Below, in pieces: positions 57,301 through 64,000 of a DNA stretch of 64,000 bases. Within the stretch, counting starts at the first letter, position 1. Every line of letters starts with the position of its first letter. Source of the DNA: Auanema rhodensis. Its lineage: Eukaryota; Animalia; Nematoda. Location: NCBI GenBank assembly GCA_964057225.1, contig OZ059900.1:15252001-15316000 (forward strand), given 5' to 3'. A program made the position numbers and the translations under genes. The notes below the pieces were generated by a model that did no database searches, was not told the DNA's origin, and saw only the letters and a program-made list of their open reading frames with translations.

Positions 57301-59000
57301 ATGTGTTCAAACTCATGCAATGTCAATGAAACCTAGCTCAAAATTGTTCCTACAACGTCTAATTCCACTTTCACGACAAAAAAACAGGGGTTAGAAAATT
57401 AAGGAAATTAGCATATTCTGAGGGCACGCCCCTTATGGCTAATATTGATTAAATCGATTTTTGTTCATATGAGTCGTCAAATGCAACGAATTTCAGCGTG
57501 TTACATACTAAAATGGAGCATTTTACATGCTGAACACTAGAAAAATACAAAAACACAGTATTTCCCATGAGAAATATTTTATTATGCTGGAAAACCAGTT
57601 TTTGGAAATTTCGCTGTAAACAAGGTTTTGACTTACGATTTCATGTGTTCAAACTCATGCAATGTCAATGAAACCTAGCTCAAAATTGTTCGTACAACGT
57701 CTAGTTCCACTTTCACGACAAAAAAACAGGGGTTAGAAAATTAAGGAAATTAGCATATTCTGAGGGCACGCCCCTTATGGCTAATATTGATTAAATCGAT
57801 TTTTGTTCATATGAGTCGTCAAATGCAACAAATTTCAGCGTGTTACATACTAAAATGAAGCATTTTACAAGCTGAACACTAGAAAAATACAAAAACACAG
57901 TTTTTCCCATGAGAAATATTTTATTATGCTGGAAAACCAGTTTTTGGAAATTTCGCTGTAAACAAGGTTTTGACTTACGATTTCATGTGTTCAAACTCAT
58001 GCAATGTCAATGAAACCTAGCTCAAAATTGTTCGTACAATGTCTAGTTCCACTTTCACGACAAAAAAACAGGGGTTAGAAAATTTAGGAAATTAGCATAT
58101 TCTGAGGGCACGCCCCTTATGGCTAATATTGATTAAATCGATTTTGGTTCATATGAGTCGTCAAATGCAACGAATTTCAGCGTGTTACATACTAAAATGA
58201 AGCATTTTACATGCTGAACACTAGAAAAATACAAAAACACAGTTTTACCCATGAGAAATATTTTATTATGCTGGAAAACCAGTTTTTGGAAATTTCGCTG
58301 TAAACAAGGTTTTGACTTACGATTTCATGTGTTCAAACTCATGCAATGTCAATGAAACCTAGCTCAAAATTGTTCGTACAACGTCTAGTTCCACTTTCAC
58401 GACAAAAAAACAGGGGTTAGAAAATTTAGGAAATTAGCATATTCTGAGGGCACGCCCCTTATGGCTAATATTGATTAAATCGATTTTTGTTCATATGAGT
58501 CGTCAAATGCAACGAATTTCAGCGTGTTACATACTAAAATGAAGTATTTCACATGCTGAACACTAGAAAAATACAAAAACACAGTATTTCCCATGAGAAA
58601 TATTTTATTATGCTGGAAAACCAGTTTTTGGAAATTTCGCTGTAAACAAGGTTTTGACTTACGATTTCATGTGTTCAAACTCATGCAATGTCAATGAAAC
58701 CTTGCTCAAAATTGTTCCTACAACGTCTAGTTCCACTTTCACGACAAAAAAACAGGGGTTAGAAAATTAAGGAAATTAGCATATTCTGAGGGCACGCCCC
58801 TTATGGCTAATATTGATTAAATCGATTTTTGTTCATATGAGTCGTCAAATGAAACGAATTTCAGGGTGTTACATACTAAAATGAAGCATTTTACATGCTG
58901 AACACTATAAAAATACAAAAACACAGTATTTCCCATGAGAAATATTTTATTATGCTGGAAAACCAGTTTTTGGAAAGTTCGCTGTAAACAAGGTTTTGAC
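51382..59000. repeat. Higher-order repeat: 8-mer (2736 bp) x~2.8, preceded by a related 9-mer copy (~48.0-51.4 kb)
   Basis: ACAATGTCT marker at 49492, 52568, 55304 and 58040 (spacings 3076, 2736, 2736), co-occurring with TTTTGGTTC, CAGTTTTACCC and AATGGAGC. Unit starts at 51382, 54118 and 56854. Confidence 0.9.
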
Positions 59001-62000
59001 TTACGATTTCATGTGTTCAAACTCATGCAATGTCAATGAAACCTAGCTCAAAATTGTTCTTACAACGTCTAATTCCACTTTCACGACAAAAAAACAGGGG
59101 TTAGAAAATTAAGGAAATTAGCACATTCTGAGGGCACGCCCCTTATGGCTAATATTGATTAAATCGATTTTTGTTCATATGAGTCGTCAAATGCAACGAA
59201 TTTCAGCGTGTTACATACTAAAATGAAGTATTTTACATGCTGAACACTAGAAAAATACAAAAACACAGTATTTCCCATGAGAAATATTTTATTATGCTGG
59301 AAAACCAGTTTTTGGAAATTTCGCTGTAAACAAGGTTTTGACTTACGATTTCATGTGTTCAAACTCATGCAATGTCAATGAAACCTAGCTCAAAATTGTT
59401 CCTACAACGTCTAGTTCCACTTTCACGACAAAAAACAGGGGTTAGAAAATTAAGGAAATTAGCATATTCTGAGGGCACGCCTCTATGGCTTATATTGATT
59501 AAATCGATTTTTGTTCATATGATTCGTCAAATGCATTGAATTTCAGCGTGTTACATACTAAAATGAAGTGTTTCACATGCTGAACACTAGAAAAATACAA
59601 AAACACAGTATTTCCCATGAGAAATATTTTATTATGCTGGAAAACCAGTTTTTGGAAATTTCGCTGTAAACAAGGTTTTGACTTACGATTTCATGTGTTC
59701 AAACTCATGCAATGTCAATGAAACCTAGCTCAAAATTGTTCCTACAACGTCTAGTTCCACTTTCACGACAAAAAACAGGGGTTAGAAAATTAAGGAAATT
59801 AGCATATTCTGAGGGCACGCCCCTTATGGCTAATATTGATTAAATCGATTTTTGTTCATATGAGTCGTCAAATGCAACGAATTTCAGCGTGTTACATACT
59901 AAAATGAAGAATTTTACATGCTGAACACTAGAAAAATACAAAAACACAGTATTTCCCATGAGAAATATTTTATTATGCTGGAAAACCAGTTTTTGGAAAT
60001 TTCGCTGTAAACAAGGTTTTGACTTACGATTTCATGTGTTCAAACTCATGCAATGTCAATGAAACCTAGCTCAAAATTGTTCCTACAACGTCTAATTCCA
60101 CTTTCACGACAAAAAAACAGGGGTTAGAAAATTAAGGAAATTAGCATATTCTGAGGGCACGCCCCTTATGGCTAATATTGATTAAATCGATTTTTGTTCA
60201 TATGAGTCGTCAAATGCAACGAATTTCAGCGTGTTACATACTAAAATGAAGCATTTTACATGCTGAACACTATAAAAATACAAAAACACAGTATTTCCCA
60301 TGAGAAATATTTTATTATGCTGGAAAACCAGTTTTTGGAAATTTCGCTGTAAACAAGGTTTTGACTTACGATTTCATGTGTTCAAACTCATGCAATGTCA
60401 ATGAAACCTAGCTCAAAATTGTTCCTACAACGTCTAGTTCCACTTTCACGACAAAAAACAGGGGTTAGAAAATTAAGGAAATTAGCATATTCTGAGGGCA
60501 CGCCTCTATGGCTTATATTGATTAAATCGATTTTTGTTCATATGATTCGTCAAATGCATTGAATTTCAGCGTGTTACATACTAAAATGAAGTGTTTTACA
60601 TGCTGAACACTACAAAAATACAAAAACACAGTATTTCCCATGAGAAATATTTTATTATGCTGGAAAACCAGTTTTTGGAAATTTCGCTGTAAACAAGGTT
60701 TTGACTTACGATTTCATGTGTTCAAACTCATGCAATGTCAATGAAACCTAGCTCAAAATTGTTCGTACAACGTCTAGTTCCACTTTCACGACAAAAAACA
60801 GGGGTTAGAAAATTAAGGAAATTAGCATATTCTGAGGGCACGCCTCTATGGCTTATATTGATTAAATCGATTTTTGTTCATATGATTCGTCAAATGCATT
60901 GAATTTCAGCGTGTTACATACTAAAATGAAGTGTTTCACATGCTGAACACTAGAAAAATACAAAAACACAGTATTTCCCATGAGAAATATTTTATTATGC
61001 TGGAAAACCAGTTTTTGGAAATTTCGCTGTAAACAAGGTTTTGACTTACGATTTCATGTGTTCAAACTCATGCAATGTCAATGAAACCTAGCTCAAAATT
61101 GTTCCTACAACGTCTAGTTCCACTTTCACGACAAAAAACAGGGGTTAGAAAATTAAGGAAATTAGCATATTCTGAGGGCACGCCCCTTATGGCTAATATT
61201 GATTAAATCGATTTTTGTTCATATGAGTCGTCAAATGCAACGAATTTCAGCGTGTTACATACTAAAATGAAGAATTTTACATGCTGAACACTAGAAAAAT
61301 ACAAAAACACAGTATTTCCCATGAGAAATATTTTATTATGCTGGAAAACCAGTTTTTGGAAATTTCGCTGTAAACAAGGTTTTGACTTACGATTTCATGT
61401 GTTCAAACTCATGCAATGTCAATGAAACCTAGCTCAAAATTGTTCCTACAACGTCTAGTTCCACTTTCACGACAAAAAACAGGGGTTAGAAAATTAAGGA
61501 AATTAGCATATTCTGAGGGCACGCCTCTATGGCTTATATTGATTAAATCGATTTTTGTTCATATGATTCGTCAAATGCATTGAATTTCAGCGTGTTACAT
61601 ACTAAAATGAAGTGTTTTACATGCTGAACACTACAAAAATACAAAAACACAGTATTTCCCATGAGAAATATTTTATTATGCTGGAAAACCAGTTTTTGGA
61701 AATTTCGCTGTAAACAAGGTTTTGACTTACGATTTCATGTGTTCAAACTCATGCAATGTCAATGAAACCTAGCTCAAAATTGTTCCTACAACGTCTAATT
61801 CCACTTTCACGACAAAAAAACAGGGGTTAGAAAATTAAGGAAATTAGCATATTCTGAGGGCACGCCCCTTATGGCTAATATTGATTAAATCGATTTTTGT
61901 TCATATGAGTCGTCAAATGCAACGAATTTCAGCGTGTTACATACTAAAATGAAGCATTTTACATGCTGAACACTATAAAAATACAAAAACACAGTATTTC

Positions 62001-64000
62001 CCATGAGAAATATTTTATTATGCTGGAAAACCAGTTTTTGGAAATTTCGCTGTAAACAAGGTTTTGACTTACGATTTCATGTGTTCAAACTCATGCAATG
62101 TCAATGAAACCTAGCTCAAAATTGTTCCTACAACGTCTAGTTCCACTTTCACGACAAAAAACAGGGGTTAGAAAATTAAGGAAATTAGCATATTCTGAGG
62201 GCACGCCTCTATGGCTTATATTGATTAAATCGATTTTTGTTCATATGATTCGTCAAATGCATTGAATTTCAGCGTGTTACATACTAAAATGAAGTGTTTT
62301 ACATGCTGAACACTAGAAAAATACAAAAACACAGTATTTCCCATGAGAAATATTTTATTATGCTGGAAAACCAGTTTTTGGAAATTTCGCTGTAAACAAG
62401 GTTTTGACTTACGATTTCATGTGTTCAAACTCATGCAATGTCAATGAAACCTAGCTCAAAATTGTTCCTACAACGTCTAGTTCCACTTTCACGACAAAAA
62501 ACAGGGGTTAGAAAATTAAGGAAATTAGCATATTCTGAGGGCACGCCCCTTATGGCTAATATTGATTAAATCGATTTTTGTTCATATGAGTCGTCAAATG
62601 CAACGAATTTCAGCGTGTTACATACTAAAATGAAGCATTTTACATGCTGAACACTAGAAAAATACAAAAACACAGTATTTCCCATGAGAAATATTTTATT
62701 ATGCTGGAAAACCAGTTTTTGGAAATTTCGCTGTAAACAAGGTTTTGACTTACGATTTCATGTGTTCAAACTCATGCAATGTCAATGAAACCTAGCTCAA
62801 AATTGTTCCTACAACGTCTAATTCCACTTTCACGACAAAAAAACAGGGGTTAGAAAATTAAGGAAATTAGCATATTCTGAGGGCACGCCCCTTATGGCTA
62901 ATATTGATTAAATCGATTTTTGTTCATATGAGTCGTCAAATGCAACGAATTTCAGCGTGTTACATACTAAAATGAAGTGTTTCACATGCTGAACACTATA
63001 AAAATACAAAAACACAGTATTTCCCATGAGAAATATTTTATTATGCTGGAAAACCAGTTTTTGGAAATTTCGCTGTAAACAAGGTTTTGACTTACGATTT
63101 CATGTGTTCAAACTCATGCAATGTCAATGAAACCTAGCTCAAAATTGTTCCTGCAACGTCTAATTCCACTTTCACGACAAAAAAACAGGGGTTAGAAAAT
63201 TAAGGAAATTAGCATATTCTGAGGGCACGCCCCTTATGGCTAATATTGATTAAATCGATTTTTGTTCATATGAGTCGTCAAATGCAACGAATTTCAGCGT
63301 GTTACATACTAAAATGAAGTATTTCACATGCTGAACACTAGAAAAATACAAAAACACAGTATTTCCCATGAGAAATATTTTATTATGCTGGAAAACCAGT
63401 TTTTGGAAATTTCGCTGTAAACAAGGTTTTGACTTACGATTTCATGTGTTCAAACTCATGCAATGTCAATGAAACCTAGCTCAAAATTGTTCGTACAACG
63501 TCTAGTTCCACTTTCACGACAAAAAAACAGGGGTTAGAAAATTTAGGAAATTAGCATATTCTGAGGGCACGCCCCTTATGGCTAATATTGATTAAATCGA
63601 TTTTGGTTCATATGAGTCGTCAAATGCAACGAATTTCAGCGTGTTACATACTAAAATGAAGCATTTTACATGCTGAACACTAGAAAAATACAAAAACACA
63701 GTTTTACCCATGAGAAATATTTTATTATGCTGGAAAACCAGTTTTTGGAAATTTCGCTGTAAACAAGGTTTTGACTTACGATTTCATGTGTTCAAACTCA
63801 TGCAATGTCAATGAAACCTAGCTCAAAATTGTTCGTACAACGTCTAGTTCCACTTTCACGACAAAAAAACAGGGGTTAGAAAATTTAGGAAATTAGCATA
63901 TTCTGAGGGCACGCCCCTTATGGCTAATATTGATTAAATCGATTTTTGTTCATATGAGTCGTCAAATGCAACGAATTTCAGCGTGTTACATACTAAAATG

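Larger units (their letters stand above)
1..64000. repeat. Satellite DNA array, 342-bp monomer, ~187-188 tandem head-to-tail copies; extends beyond both window edges
   Basis: TAGAAAAATACAAAAACACAG recurs at 1, 343, 685, ... 1711, 3421 (exact 342 period), and the last monomer starts at 63681. I saw no non-repeat sequence or inversion. Monomer GC is ~34% (116/342 by hand count). Confidence 0.99.

Noticed and set aside
1-64000. Primate alpha-satellite dimer (2x171 = 342 bp)
   Set aside because: The length coincides, but I see no alphoid consensus motifs and the two halves are far less similar than alphoid monomers.
1-64000. CRISPR array or coding tandem repeat (342 = 114 codons)
   Set aside because: There are no unique spacers and no cas genes. 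The ORF track shows no long ORFs in any frame, and frameshifting 1-bp indels are common.
1-64000. Tandem 5S rRNA, tRNA, snRNA or spliced-leader gene array
   Set aside because: I recognised no 5S, tRNA, snRNA or spliced-leader sequence and no Pol III A/B/C boxes in the monomer. An Rfam/Infernal scan would be the definitive test.

Overview
The whole 64 kb window is one uninterrupted, head-to-tail tandem array of a 342-bp AT-rich monomer. By hand count it is about 34% GC, with about 187 full copies plus a partial 188th, all in one orientation, and most copies differ from consensus at only a few positions. This is eukaryotic satellite DNA of the centromeric/pericentromeric type. I cannot assign it to a named family or taxon from sequence alone. 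I found no supportable genes, RNA genes, CRISPR arrays or transposon insertions, and the single 61-aa ORF is an artefact of one point mutation. The information is in the variants. Shared SNVs and indels reveal nested, short-lived higher-order repeats (3-, 5-, 7-, 8-, 9-, 10- and 17-18-mers), a 61-bp deletion monomer amplified four times, a sub-family boundary near 7.5 kb, and a diverged 340-bp monomer type expanding at 59-62 kb. The monomer itself is dense in dyad symmetries, carries traces of an ancient internal duplication, and shows recurrent multi-allelic mutation at its three CTAG sites. All counts and alignments were made by eye and should be confirmed computationally.
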